A stretch of 63,108 bases of DNA, the filler included, from Phoronis australis (lineage: Eukaryota > Animalia > Phoronida), in the NCBI GenBank assembly GCA_002633005.1. It is 3 parts of 3 records of this genome, joined end to end, with 100 filler letters (N's around TTAATTAATTAA, not from the genome) between each part and the next. Parts side by side here need not be neighbours in the genome. Positions count along the whole stretch, not along the records: positions 22,195 to 50,919 come from NMRA01000606.1; 2 more parts are not named here. One strand, written 5' to 3'. The notes under the pieces are model-generated. The model made no database searches and was not told the DNA's origin. It saw nothing but the letters and a program-made list of their open reading frames with translations. This document shows, piece after piece, positions 26,001 through 41,000 of this stretch; within the stretch, counting starts at the first letter, position 1; every line of letters begins with the position of its first letter. A program made the translations under genes and the position numbers.

Positions 26001-29000
26001 ATGCCAAGCCAGGCCAAAAGTTCAAACCTGACGCAGCACCGACACAGCAAAATCCAAACTCTTACAGCGGCAAAATCCAAACTCTTACAGCGGCAAAATC
26101 CAAACTCTTACAGCGTCAAGTTAAAACAGGTCGTGGTGAACACTGCATCCATTACTGTCCAATGAATACAAATTATATAGAGTATATTCCATTAATACTT
26201 GGACAGGAGTGTTAGGTCTGTTGACGAAAACCAATATTTCTAGAAAGAAGTCGACTGGATTGTCAAAAGCTTGCAACTATGGAATTTACATACTTTCCTG
26301 GGTTGTCTCAAACTCATTCTTCCAGCTGAGAACCATCTATTCTCAACTCAAGTTGGAGAGAATTGTAAGAATGCCGATGTCGGATGTTGTCGGCAAAAAT
26401 TTGGTCCACCGTTCATGACACGGAAATTTGCGATTCATTGACAGGGCCCGGTAGTATCACCACCATACGGGTCTGGATTATCTGTCGTATCTGCGTCTGA
26501 GTCAACTCAGTATCCAAAATATCTCTCAGTTTTCAAAATAATCCTTAGCAGTCCTTCTACGCCTTCCCGCGGCAGACGACATTTATAAGTATGTCGAATG
26601 CGCATGTCAATCGGTAATGGAAGCCAGGATAGAGTTCAGTAACGTAAGGACCTTGCAAGAAAAACAAGACTCTGCGAGATTATGGGAGATATCACCATAT
26701 ATTTTCAACGAGAACAATTTCTCACAGCGAGACATATATTTTGAACCTTACTCAGTGACGTCACTAGGCAATGACCATCGCCTCTGTTGGCCCGAACCAG
26801 AGGCGATGCAGAGGCTATAGGCGCTCTGTACGCCGGAAGCTTTTCGGCGAATTATGCCTCGCACCGACTAAACCATCAAAGTCGCGTTGTTATAAATACC
26901 TTTTGCGCATAGAGGAACACTTTAGGAGGTTGTCGATGTGTTTAATTCCGTCCAACTCGTGTGCGACGTTTGCGGTTTCGGGGGAGTAGTTCTGATATTT
27001 GAGACAGCTAGTGACATCACTGGATAAAAATTCAATTATGTATCTTGCGGTGATAAATTGTAGCCGAAATCACGTGCTCTCATTGAAACCACATTGTAAT
27101 ATTTCGCGTAATCTCACAGTCTTGTTTACCAAACATGGTCCTTACGTCATTGAACTCTAACCTGGCTCCGTTACCTATTGACATGCGCACTCTACTACAT
27201 ACTTACTAATGTAGTCTACCGCATAGAAAGACTGCTAAAAATTATCTCAAAAACTGAGAGATGTTTCAGATGGTGGCCATACTACTGGGCTCAGTCAACA
27301 AATCGCAAATATCCATGCCACGAACGGTCGATCGAATTTTTGCTGCCCGACAACATCCAACATCAGCATTCTTGCAGTTCGCTCTAACTTGAGAATAGAT
27401 AGTTCTCAGCTGGAAGAATGAGTTTGTGACAATCCTGAAAATTATGGGAATGCCACAGTTGCAAACGTTAAAAAATTCAGTTGATCTTTATCAAGAAATA
27501 TTTGTTGTCATCAACTGGTCCATCACTCCCCTCCATCTAAATGGAAAATGCACATGAATCATTTTATTTACTCTACCCAATTTGTATTCATGATGCAGGA
27601 CTTGCATATTGTGCAGATTTTGCAATAATTCTGGCAGGAGTATTGAATATAGGACTGCTGTGCAAAACATTAGACAGAGAGAAAATGTAGACTCTGCTAT
27701 CAAGATATAAAAATGGGAATAGGTTCACCAAGACACTTCACTCGGAATGTCTACTTCATGGGAAAAGGTTACCTCTATCCTATGTAAGACTTTTTGGAAC
27801 GAGTTGAGGTTGACACAACAAGTATTGAGTAAAATATTTCTGCATACTGTTTCAAACACATCTGGGTAGACTTCCATTTCAAAGTCATTGACACAACAAA
27901 TAGTTTCTGTGATATGTTTGTAAATAAGTCCACTGCCACTTTTTAAAAATAAACAAGTTGAACAAACACAGTTATTTGTTTGCATTGCTGCGCATTACTG
28001 TTGAAGTGCGTGGGTAAAAATAAGGCATAGACTAGCCTACCGAGAGTATTGACTGCCGCGCGGTTGCGGCGTGTTTGTTGCAGTTTTTAAGAATGCCACC
28101 GATTTTAAGATGTGGAGAACACTGATTATAATAACTCAATACATTTATAATGACTGAGCATCTTTCAAAATAATTAGCAAATTATTTTGCTGTCAATCTT
28201 CTAAAATCCTACACAAAATATAGAAAATTGTAACGAATCATTGCAGTGTTCTCCACGACCACTTTTAACGTGTCGCAGCGTCCTGTTTTGCCGAACGTGT
28301 GTCCTGTTTAAATGTCCCGCGTCCTGTTTAAAAATTTCACGACCGCTTTAAAAATTTTGCGACCGGTTTAAAAAATAGAGATCAGTTCGTAAAAAAGGCG
28401 TCGTCATTGTTAATAAGGTCTTTACTGGTTCAACTTACGCCATAGCCCTTTGAAACTAAATAAAGGCTCCGTGGTCAGTTCCCAAAAGCCAAACCCAGTC
28501 TGCCGCTAGAGTGAGATCCGTAAATAGGCTTTCGACAACTGACCACTTTGCCTTCATTCAGTTGCAATGGGCTGTGGCCAGTTGCTGTCAAGCATAATTT
28601 GAGCCAATGAAGACCTTATTAACAATGATGACCCGTTGCAGAATTTTTAAACAGGATGCGGGACATTTAAACAGGACGCGTGTTTCTGCCAAACAGCATG
28701 CTGCGAAATGTTAAAAGCGGTTGTGGAGAACACTGATGATCCATGAGCATTAGTGCCTTACGTCTTAGTGGAAAGTTGATTGACAAGACCTCATTTCTCA
28801 TCTTAAATAAATAACTATTTGGAAAAAAAACATCGGAGTTTAAGCTTCACAAATTTTTTGATTTATTTATAGATGTTTCCGGACAATGCCATCAGACGAG
28901 ACTTGAATCGGTTGGACGTAAAATGTCCCATCAAGCATTGCGACTGGAAGGGAAAATACAAAGATTACATTGTAAGATGCTTAAACTGTTATTGATGTGT

Positions 29001-32000
29001 GTGCTAGGAATATTATAAGGATGGCACAGTAAGCACTACTTGGATTCTCATGAGGATGTTTCAAGTTGTCAGCTGAATGAATTCATTGATTCTTTTTCTG
29101 CTCCCATGCATGGATATTTGGGGGAGTATTGCCATCATCTCTGTCCGCCATTTGTTTGTCTGGCTTTCTGGCGGATGCAGCTGTATCTGCTTAACCCCCG
29201 TGCACGATGTACTTGAAAATTGACTCCAGGTGGAAATTTATTTTTGCACGTTTTCACAAGGGGTTCAGTTTCGATTTCCTCATATTTGATTTCCAATTTG
29301 TATGAAGGCTATCGTCAAAGAAAGTACAGCTAGATACCACTTAGCCAGCCAGCTAGCTGTATGAACATTATCGTCAAAATACAGCTTGGTACTACTGTGT
29401 GTTGAACTCCGTTAGAACTCGAAATTTCTCACAGCCCAGGTAGTTCTGCTCATCACCTCGTAAAACGTATATGAGCATATAGCGCTAATGACCGGCGTGG
29501 GTGCATGCAAAATCTGGGAGTCAACCGACAACACTCACCTTTTCTGTTGCAGTCGTTGAAGTGAAAAACAATCTAATAATAGTGCGCCTTGTGTAACAAA
29601 GAAGTCTGTTGTTGCTTTGAAAACAGTACAAACATGACACGCACATGCCCCATTTCCTAAAATTTTGCGGTGCATCTTGGGAGGTGATGACAGCTTCCCA
29701 GCAGCTAAATTTGTTCTGAAATTCTGTTTGCTGGTATTAACATGCAATAATATGATACCAGTTCCGATTTCGTGTGACATGTATGCAACCTCGTGGAAGA
29801 GAAGAACAGATGATTAAAGAATCCGGAAAAAAGAAACTGGCTAAGAGGTGATGGTGCCGAAAGCTAACCAAAAGGACTCGACTGGATTTGGCCCTGTGTC
29901 TCCTAATAACAGCATTGCCAAGATTTTGAGTGACTGCTTAACTTACCAATTAGAACGTAGCATTCTTGACACACCTTCGTTTCCAAGCTGCCATTTTACC
30001 CAACAAACAATACATTGTCGAGTAAAACTTATTGTCTGCATTATCGGGTGTCACGAGACTTCTCGCAAGGGGGCTGAGCTTGCGATTGGTCAATTAAGAG
30101 TCTGCAGGTCACCTCACTGATATATAATAAAGATCTGCATTTCGTCTTCCACAGGAGCATGAAGTGAAGTGTGAGTATATGTTGGTAGCGTGCCCCCAGG
30201 GCTGTGGAGAGAGTGTGATGGTGAGGGACCGCGACTACCATATGGCGGCTCTGTGTTCCATGAGGAAGGACAATTGCAAAGAATGTGGCGCTAATGTGGC
30301 CGTTGCTGAGCTGAAGAGCCACCTGGAGGTCTGTCCAAAAGTGAAGATGAAATGTTCGGGATGCGGACGAGACATCCAACGAGACCAGGTAGGATTTTTA
30401 TGCGCCCACATATTGATATGTGGACGCATTATGCCGTCATCTCCGTCCGTCCGGGTGGCGTCCTTACGGCGTCTGTCCGGCGTCTGCTCCTCTATCTCCA
30501 AAACCGATTAACGTATGTTCATGAAATTTGCAGATGTGTTCCTTTCATAGATGGGACGGCATGAGCAAAGTTTTGGACGGATCCGACTACGGGTGTGCCC
30601 TCTAGTGGCAGTTTAGTTTTTTACGTTTAACTATGTATCTTCAAAGGTCCTCAACATATTTTCACAAAATTTGGTATATAGGCATCTATTAGTGAGGCAA
30701 CGGTATCCACCATTTTTGGATGGCTTCGACGTAGTTTGCGCCACCTATTGACCATTTTTACTGTTTGAGTTTCATTTTTTAGCGTCCACCCCTCTATCAA
30801 CCAAACCGCTCTAAGCATGTTTATGAAAATTGGCATGTTTGTTTTTCCTATGGAGAGGACAGTTGACCATGATTTTCCGACCACTTTGATTACTGTGGCG
30901 CCTCCTAGTGGCAGTTTTTTTATGCGCCTATAGCTGTATTTCCTAAACCAGTCATCAGCCCAGTGGGCATCACTTAACTTGTGCAGAGAGACCAAGGAGA
31001 ATTTTCCCAACGTGATCGAACCAAAAGGTTCAAAAAGCCTACTGAGTCTAGATAGATTGGGTATAAGACACGTCATTCAAATTTTGACGGGACACTGTAA
31101 CCTAGCCCGACACAGACACATTACTGGGCATATGGGGAGCCCTTAGTGTCCCGAGTGTGGTACTGACATAGAATCTCCTAAACACCTGGTAGAGTCTTGC
31201 CCAGCTTTTTATAGGCTAAGGAGCAACCTACTGGATGGCACTGTTACATGCCTACAACATATAGTGCATGGCAACAAATGGAAACGTCTGTCTGTTTTCC
31301 TAAAGCAGACTGGCAGACTTGAAAACTTTCTTCACGAGGAGCCATAATTGGGGTCTTGTGCCTTTGCTCAGGTGTTTTGTGCAATGGGCCCAACAATGAG
31401 GCCTGCGCAGGTCTGATGCACCGCAAATGACATCAGACCACCTGCACTGTTTTTTTTTTAATTAATGATAATGACAATGGTATAGTAATAAGTATAAGTA
31501 ATAATTTATTAATTATACTTATAATAACAATAGTAATCATTGTAATAATAGTAATTGTAATAGTAATTACAACAATATTGATTTTGACAATAATAATAAT
31601 TACTGTTATTACTATTATGATCATGAAGTCAGCCTGCACAGATGTATGATTGCTTCTGTATGTTGCTGTAGATGTCTGCTCACCAAGATCCAGTGAAGGG
31701 GAGCTGTAGCCGCCAATACGCCCCGTGCGTGTACGGTTGCAAAGATATGGTATGTCCACTTCTCACCAGAGAAAGCATGTGTTATGGACGTAATTTGTTG
31801 TTTAATATTGGCTGAAAAGATATGGTAAGACCTCTTCTCTTCATGGAAGACTTGTCGTATGGAAGTAGGATTTTTAATATGGGCTGCAGACATGAGGTAT
31901 GCACACTTCTCTCACCAGGGAGAAAGTGTCTCATGAAAACAGTTTGTTGTTTAATAAAGACTATTGCTTGCCTCGATTTTGATAATTTTTCGATATTTCT

Positions 32001-35000
32001 TGAGTAGGGTGCATTATCTTTCCGATGATAGTAACATATTTTTTCAAAACAAAAAAAAAATTTGTTCAACCGCCCTAGTACAGGTTGTACTACAGGGTGG
32101 GACATAGTGTGTTTGGAAAAAAAGCGTGGGTGGTAGTAGGGTGAGACAAAGTGCAGGTGGTACTACAGGGTGGGATGGAGTACAGGTTGTACTACATGGT
32201 GGGATGGAGTGCAGGTGGTACTACAGGGTGGGATGGAGTGCAGGTGGTACTACAGGGTGGGATGGAGTGCAGGTTGTACTACAGGGNNNNNNNNNNNNNN
32301 NNNNNNNNNNNNNNNNNNNNNNNNNNNNNNNNNNNNNNNNNNNNNNNNNNNNNNNNNNNNNNNNNNNNNNNNNNNNNNNNNNNNNNNNNNNNNNNNNNNN
32401 NNNNNNNNNNNNNNNNNNNNNNNNNNNNNNNNNNNNNNNNNNNNNNNNNNNNNNNNNNNNNNNNNNNNNNNNNNNNNNNNNNNNNNNNNNNNNNNNNNNN
32501 NNNNNNNNNNNNNNNNNNNNNNNNNNNNNNNNNNNNNNNNNNNNNNNNNNNNNNNNNNNNNNNNNNNNNNNNNNNNNNNNNNNNNNNNNNNNNNNNNNNN
32601 NNNNNNNNNNNNNNNNNNNNNNNNNNNNNNNNNNNNNNNNNNNNNNNNNNNNNNNNNNNNNNNNNNNNNNNNNNNNNNNNNNNNNNNNNNNNNNNNNNNN
32701 NNNNNNNNNNNNNNNNNNNNNNNNNNNNNNNNNNNNNNNNNNNNNNNNNNNNNNNNNNNNNNNNNNNNNNNNNNNNNNNNNNNNNNNNNNNNNNNNNNNN
32801 NNNNNNNNNNNNNNNNNNNNNNNNNNNNNNNNNNNNNNNNNNNNNNNNNNNNNNNNNNNNNNNNNNNNNNNNNNNNNNNNNNNNNNNNNNNNNNNNNNNN
32901 NNNNNNNNNNNNNNNNNNNNNNNNNNNNNNNNNNNNNNNNNNNNNNNNNNNNNNNNNNNNNNNNNNNNNNNNNNNNNNNNNNNNNNNNNNNNNNNNNNNN
33001 NNNNNNNNNNNNNNNNNNNNNNNNNNNNNNNNNNNNNNNNNNNNNNNNNNNNNNNNNNNNNNNNNNNNNNNNNNNNNNNNNNNNNNNNNNNNNNNNNNNN
33101 NNNNNNNNNNNNNNNNNNNNNNNNNNNNNNNNNNNNNNNNNNNNNNNNNNNNNNNNNNNNNNNNNNNNNNNNNNNNNNNNNNNNNNNNNNNNNNNNNNNN
33201 NNNNNNNNNNNNNNNNNNNNNNNNNNNNNNNNNNNNNNNNNNNNNNNNNNNNNNNNNNNNNNNNNNNNNNNNACTACAGGGTGGGACAGAGTGCGCGTGG
33301 CACTACAGGGTGGTACAGAGTGCGCGTGGCACTGCGGGTGGGACAGAGTGCTCGTGGCACTACGGGGTGGGACAGAGTGCTCGTATCACTACGGGGTGGG
33401 ACAGACTGCGCGTTCTACTACAGGGTGGGACAGAATGGGGGTGGTATTAGAGGGTGGGAAAAACTGAGTGGTACTACAGGGTGTTTCGAACTGGATGGCG
33501 CTACATTGTGGGACAGAATGTTGTTGCTATTACAAGGTGGGACAGATTGTCTTCTCTAGAGGTGGGAGCCTATCAAGGCTGAGTGGTCCTCTCATTAAGA
33601 CTGTATTTTAATTCACTAGTCATGGATGTTTTAGATCAAGTCAGATAATGTACAGTCCCACAACAAGAAATGTGTCGTACAGCATGTTGAGTCCCTCCTG
33701 GAACGCTTGCGCGCAGCTGAGGAGTCAGGTGCCTTCACGGAAGGGGGCGCTTCTGCATCAGCGACCATTGCAAGTGCACCTGCGGAGAGCAAGGTGGTTA
33801 GCAGACGTATTGAAGAAATGACTGAAACTGTGCGTCAGCTGCAGTCACATGTGGAGAATATGGCAGTGAGTAATAAGGGCTGTTTCATATGGGGTGGGGG
33901 GTGGCGGAGCGTGGTAGTTTTATTTATCCTTCTTGTTGCCTGTGTATACTAACTGTCCTCCAAATGGCTTGTAAAATGTGCAATACTTGAAGGTACAAAC
34001 AACTAAGGCTGATCATTTGTCCTTGGGTTGTGGTTAATACGCTAAATGTCGGGATGAATTAGAGTATTCATTAACAGAATGGTGTAATTTTGGTGAAATA
34101 TTGGCCATCTTGTAGAAACAGTTAAATGTAAAATGCAACTGATGTGCAGAATAAAAACTCCAGACATTATGCAGAAGGCAAAACTATCATAATGAATGGG
34201 GTGTGCCGCTTTGATAACATTGTCTCTATTGCATAAGAATTCAGATACATGTCCAATACTTTGACATTTTGTTTTGATGACTACATGTTGACCTGACTGC
34301 TGTCTCCTTATGTCAGGCTCCGTCTAAGGGCGCATCCAAGGGTCTGCTGAGTGCTTTGTCTGGTCTGTCAGGATCAGATCCAAAGTACCATGTGTTGGAA
34401 ACAAAGATATCCTCCTTGAACGGTAAGTATGGGATGATGGCTGTGATTTGAGAGTGTTACTCTGCATGTGTAACTTGTAATGCGTAGTATGTTCTGGTAG
34501 GCCAAAGTGAGGCTAAATATATGCTTAAAAATTATCATTTTTAGTTGCCTTTATTTATTTATAAATACGAGAGACTTCTACACCAGGCATTTCTCTTAAA
34601 TTCTGTGTTTGTTTAGAGGCCGGGCACTAGAACATCTAACAAAATCTGCCTAGGTTTGGTCATGTTGGCAATAATGCGTTGTCTGTAGAGGTAGTCCCAA
34701 TCAGAAGAAAGAGGCATCAGTGGTGCTTTGAGAATTGAAGAGAGTTGTGGTTGAACGAGACTGTACAGTATTTAGTTGGCCCTAACATTATTTCGTAATT
34801 TATTTATTGAGGTTGTTGCGTGGCTCTAACTTAGCTGTATTCTCTTGACATCCTTCCAGCCATCATGTCAGCAATGCACCAGGATTTAGAGCGAGTTGAT
34901 CGTGTTATGGCCGCACATGAGGACCAGCGGCGAAAGGAACGCGACGATCTGGCGAAGATGCAATCTAACATTGCGAAGATGGAGCGGGACTTGGCACTGA

Positions 35001-38000
35001 AGGACATCGCCTTGGCTGAACAGAACCTTAGACTACAGGTACGTGACTAGGGTCCTAAAGGCAAAGGCAACCTTTTTTCATGTCATTTTTAGCAAAAATA
35101 AGGTTTGTTGATTATCCCAGACATATTTTTCACTTATTTACTGCTTTTCGTAATTTAATTACTTACTCGTCGTCTACTCCGGAAGTGACGTTTTGCGAGG
35201 CAAGAATTTCGCGCCAATTTCTTTTCATATAGTCTGACTGTGAGAGCAGTCGAGTCAGTCATTGTTCTACCTCGGTTATGATAAGTTCGGTCGTCGTTTC
35301 CTTTTGCTTACGAGTCAGTCAAAATGCCACGCTGTTGCTGCGTACTGGTGTGTACTCATTATCGTCTCACGTACAGAGGAAGAACTGTCCCACTTGCCCG
35401 AGTGTCCCGCGACACAATCCCACTGGAGGGTGATCTGAACACCCAAACTGCTTACATCCCGCCGTGTGACACCCTTGCCACACACTTGGCACCTTCCAAA
35501 TAGCTCCAATACAAGTCCAAAATAAACTTATCAAACGTAGGCTCACCAATCTGTTCATTGGATGACGAAGTGTCCTCTTCACTGGATGTCGAACTGGGCC
35601 TGTATTCACTCCCAGTACTCAATATCGCTGCAGGGCTGCTTACAGGCTCTGGGCTAGAGACAACAGCACAGGGCGAATCACTGCTTGTTCCTGGAATTGC
35701 ATGCAATGGGGCACGTTCCGAGGCACGGGTGACAGTAGATGAAGTGCCTCCAGTCACTGTATATAGTGGCCACAGCTCGCGAGGCTTGTCCCTTCAAAAA
35801 CGCACTTATCGGGGTTGGCGACGGGGCACTGCCAGGAATCAACAGCGACGGTATGGTACCCTTCTTCAGGCGTTGTTTCGCAGGGACCTTCAATTCAGCG
35901 TACATATCTGTCAGAATCTGATGGCAGAAAATGCTTGCCATACACTCGGTAACCCTCCATTGCTTTGTACGTTGCGTGGACGGTTAGCGCTGCGTTCTTC
36001 ACATGAACGAGCTAGCCAAGTACGGCGAAGTGTGTCATCCTTCGGAAAGCGACGCAAGGTACCCAAAGCGCGTGTGAGACGATAGTGAGTACATCCCGGC
36101 ACGCAGCAACAGCGTGGTATGTTGACTGACTTGTAAACAAAAGCATACGACGACCAAACTTATCACAAACGAGGTAGAACAATGACTGTCTCGACTGCTC
36201 TCACAGTCAGACTATAATGAAAAGAAATTGGCACGAAACTCTTGCTTCCCAAAACGTCACTTCCAGAGTAGAGGACGAGAAATTAATCTGTTATTAAGTG
36301 AAAAATGTGTCTGGGATAATCAACGAACCTTATTTTTGCTAAAAGTGACATGAAAAAGGGTTACCTTCGCCTTTAAGTACTGGGCTCTACTTCAGGGATC
36401 CTCACTTATTGCACGGGCATTCTCACTTACAGCATTATTTCCCACGAGCAAAGTTGTTAGCTATCAAATTGTATTCCTGTCTTGTGAACCACAGTTCTTT
36501 TCATACGAACATTACTTTTCTTATAAATCCTTTCTATTCTGTATGTTCTCACTCCTCCTGAAGTCACTGTCAGTGCACTGTGGTTCATGAGTAAAGAAAC
36601 GGATGTGTTCGTCAGATGAAAAATCACTGGACAGAGGAAGTACTGCTCATGAAAAAGTACATGTTTATGGAAAGAACGCTGTTAGCAAGCTAGTGAGAAA
36701 TCCGTGTGGGCCGTGAGGAATTCAGTGTATTCTGAATCTGACAGCGCATACTGTCGAGTTTAACGAGATGTGAATCAGAGTACATGAAACAACTGATCTG
36801 TCCATGTATCTGAGTGGACAGAGTGTGGGTGGCTAGTTTGCTCCAAATTCCAATAAGGAAACATATCGAAAGTAAATAAATAAACTTCATCTTAATTGGC
36901 TGTTTTCAGCTTGTTAACTTCATATCAAGTCTCCTTCAAAACGCTCAATGAATTCCTGTTCTGTTCATACACCAGAGCAACCCTCACTCTCGCTCTGTGA
37001 ATGCAGAGTTTTATGAAAACGTCTTCCAAAAAAATTGGCCTGGATCATTTAGTGTCTGGTCGTTATGACATAAGTCCACGATATGTTTTTTTACAATAGT
37101 TATGTTCTTCGAGATTAAGAAAATATTTAGAATTAGTTTCACCCTCTTCTGCCCATTGGTCCTTAGTCCTAATCACTGAGCCATTTACTTTCTGTGTCTG
37201 GAGGATTTTCAAATTTATTTTAAGTCTGTCTTAGTTATTAAATTTATCAATTGTTGGTTAGTTGGATTATGTTGGTGATATTACCCACTGTGACATCAAA
37301 AGTGGGACATTATAACCGTGTGAACATTGCCTTAGGAAAGAATAGGACCTCCAAAATAGAATGTTATAAGCGAGCAAACATTATAAACAGGGCTCGTTGT
37401 AATGTGATATGTCCTATACATAATTTTGGCATTGTTTGCTAATGTGGTAGATCCGAAGTTAATATTGCTTAGAGTGGTCGTTATAATCCGTGAGTGTTTG
37501 ACCTTAACCTATTTGTCATCGACCTTAATTGACAATTTGTTGTTAGTATTCGATGATATGGCTTCACATTGCTAACACAGGAAATATCTGTTTCTAGGCT
37601 TTGGACTTGATCAGCTACGATGGAGTGTTGGTGTGGAAAATTACTGATTTCTCCAAAAAGAGAGCGGAAGCTGTGGCAGGTTGGTTAAAGCTGTATTTTT
37701 GTTGCACTATTGTGCTTATTTTCACAAAGGACCATGATAGCTTTCCAAGGAGGCAACTGAAGCTCTCGGGTTTGAGAAGCTTTACCGTGCAGTTGTTTTT
37801 GTGTTCTTGATGAACAAATGGTTTCAGTTAATGATCTTCAGAAATGGCTTCTTTAAAGAGTTGCCCTTGATATTCGTACCCAGTAGAAGTGTGTTGTTAA
37901 GTGCTGTGAAGTCACTCAAGCTTGATTGGGGCAGAGACTTGCAACTTAAACAGTCATGCCATGTGATTTGAGTTTTAGTGGAAGTGTGCCAGGCATTTGG

Positions 38001-41000
38001 TCAATTTCAAAGTTGACTTTCCAGTACAAAATTGAGAGACTGGGTCATGGTTTATACATTACATATTAGCTAGTGAATTGTAATGAAGAAATGTCCTAGC
38101 ACTAGTGTTAAGCAGTGGCAGCAGTGGCGGATTTAGAGGGAGGGGGGCCAAGGGGGCAATGCCCCCCCCCCTAAAATTCTCTCAGATTCCATTTGACAGT
38201 TCAGGTCTGGCTGGCAAAATCCTGGCTAATACTATGCCCTACTCCCCATCTCAAAATCCTAGATCCGCCCCTGTTAAGGAACACCGCACTTGTCTTTCGG
38301 GTGGACCATGGCACTCCAACACAACAAGAAATTCGGGGTGATATACATGATTGAATGCCCTGATTATCCTGCCAATTATGTTGGGGAGACCGCTCGGAAT
38401 CTAGCTACAGACTTAAAGAACCCTGCAACATATCATTTGGCAAACCTGTACAGCCGTAGGAGAGTCCAGTATGGACACACTGCACATCATTTGCAAACGT
38501 GCAGTCAAAATAGTATCTAAAGAAAATATTGGAATCGTAAAATCAGAGAAGCAGTCGAAATCGTGGGCTGTAAACCAACATTGACTTTAGAGACATTGGA
38601 TATCATTTGTCAGCTATTTACCACTGTCTCCTTGCACGTAACAGCCACCAGGGTAACACTTTACACAATTATAGGCATGCTTATTAATTACTTACACAAA
38701 TTCGTCATTATACTTGAAAACGAGGCGTTGTGTCCAAACTACAATGATTGTGCATGTTTGGAAACCGCACGCTTTCATGTTTGCATTGTTAAAATTGATG
38801 CTAAAACGAGGCGTTGTGTCCTAAACAACAATGGACAACAATCCTTTTTGCCACACCACCAAAGTGTGCAAGTAGTGAATAGCACTGTAGACAATGGTAG
38901 ACAAGCCTGTAACACTGTATACAATGGTAGACGGGCCTGTAACACTGTATTCAATGATAGCACTATACACAATTATAGGCATGCCTTTAGCACTGTATAC
39001 AATGATTGGCACACAAGGATGGACATTATTAACACTTCATCTCACTATAATAGTTTCCATTATTACAGGTCGCACCCTCAGCTTGTACTCATCGTGTTTC
39101 TACACCAGCCCCATTGGGTATCGCATGTGTTGTCGTCTCTACCCCAACGGCGATGGCAGTGGCAAGGGAACGCACGTGTCACTGTTCTTTGTCGTCATGC
39201 GTGGAGAGTTCGACGCCCTCCAACCTTGGCCCTTCAAGCAGAGAGTGAGTTGTTGGCGCTGCCTTAAACATTTAGTAAAAATGATTAGGAACGCAGGTTT
39301 TCATGCGTTTGGTATTAAAAGTTAATATTGATATCCTTGGCTGTTTTGACATTATTTACAATTAGTCAACATAGTCGCATAAACAAAAACATGTTGTGTC
39401 ACCTTCATAGTTCACTTTATTAAATTAAGGATTTTAACAACGTGCTGGAAGTCTTTAAAAGAATTTTAAAAATGGCTTTTTTGGCAATTGTTTTGCTCGA
39501 AATTTTGGAGATTTTACTGTATTACTTTATCACATGCTTGTCTAGAGGATGTGAGTGTGGCGGTTCGCATCACTAAAAGAACACCTCAGGGTGGCGCTGC
39601 CTCACCCACCCTCTTTAACATGGTTATAGATGGTTTGCTTCAACAATTATCTATTGACACGGGTCCAAACTTGTATGTTCAAGCCTATGCAGATGATATT
39701 GTTCTCAGTGTGTCTAGCATCGATCCTGACACGTCGCTATCTTGCCCTAAGAGCACTGAACACAACAGCTTCATGAGCTAAGTCAGTTGGCTTTATAATA
39801 GAAATTAGTGGTAGCAAAACAAAGGTGATTATGTTCACTTGGAAGCTTAAATGGCCAATGCTGTCTTTAATGCTGAATGGTAAACATCTTGATCTTGTAG
39901 ACAAGGCGATTTATCTAGGTGTCATTTTACACCATCGTCTTTCCTGGACCCCGCATATTACAGAAAAAATCTCAAAAGCCAAAACTGTATTGGTGAGATG
40001 CAGTCGTGCGGTGGGTAAAACTTGGGGAATGTCCCCCAAGAATACGTTCTGGATTTATACTGCTGTTATCCGACCTATAATGTCCTATGCTTCGTCGGTA
40101 TGGGTAACGGCATCAAAACAGATCACAATTATCAACAAACTTAAGCAGCTGCAATGTCTAGCTTGTCTGTGCATAACCTCTGCATTGCCAGGAACTCCTT
40201 CTGCTGCCTTAGAAATGCTAATCGGTCTACCACCACTGTTCATATACCTTGAGGGTGAGGCTGCATGTGCTGCACTTCGTCTCAGATATAATGGTCAGTG
40301 GCTGAAAACTAACTGACTGTATTGCACACAGAAGCCACAGAAAATTTTTGCAATAAGCTAATGGCCAGGACTGGGCAACTATGGAACATGCCTAGTGATG
40401 TTCAGGTCACAGCTTTAAATCATACAAACAATTTCTTCACGGAAATTGGCGATGAATGGCCTACCGCAGAGCACAAGAATGAGGTGGTTTGTTATACGGA
40501 CGGCTCTAAACTGGAAAATGGCCAAACAGGTGCTGGAGTCTTATTTTCCAAGCCTTCCGGTTGCAGATGCAGCAAACTGGGTATCGCTAGGCAATTTTGC
40601 CACGGTATTTCAGGCTGAAATCACTGCAATTAATAGAGCTGCTCAACTGGCACAACAATATAATTCTGAGCTGGGCAATCGGCCAATTACCATCTTTTCA
40701 GATAGCCAGGCAGCAATAAAAGCCCTAAAGAAACTAAGGGTCAACTCTCATTGTGTTAATGCTTGTATTAATGAGCTTAACAAGCTTGCAATCGAAAGAA
40801 TCATCAATATACGCTGGGTCAAGGCCCATGTGAATGAGAATGCAGACAGACCCGCAAAGATAGGAGCAAGCATTCTGCATTTTGTGCCTGAACCTGCTAT
40901 CCCAGTGTCTTACGGATGTTGCAGGAATGAGTATACGCAACTGGGTACATACCCAGTCAGCAGGCCAGTGGGCGTCACTTAACTCCTGCAGAGAGACCAC

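Noticed and set aside
38563-39267. 234-aa ORF
   Set aside because: Runs through short tandem repeats (~38710-39005) and the wrong frame of TRAF exon 10.
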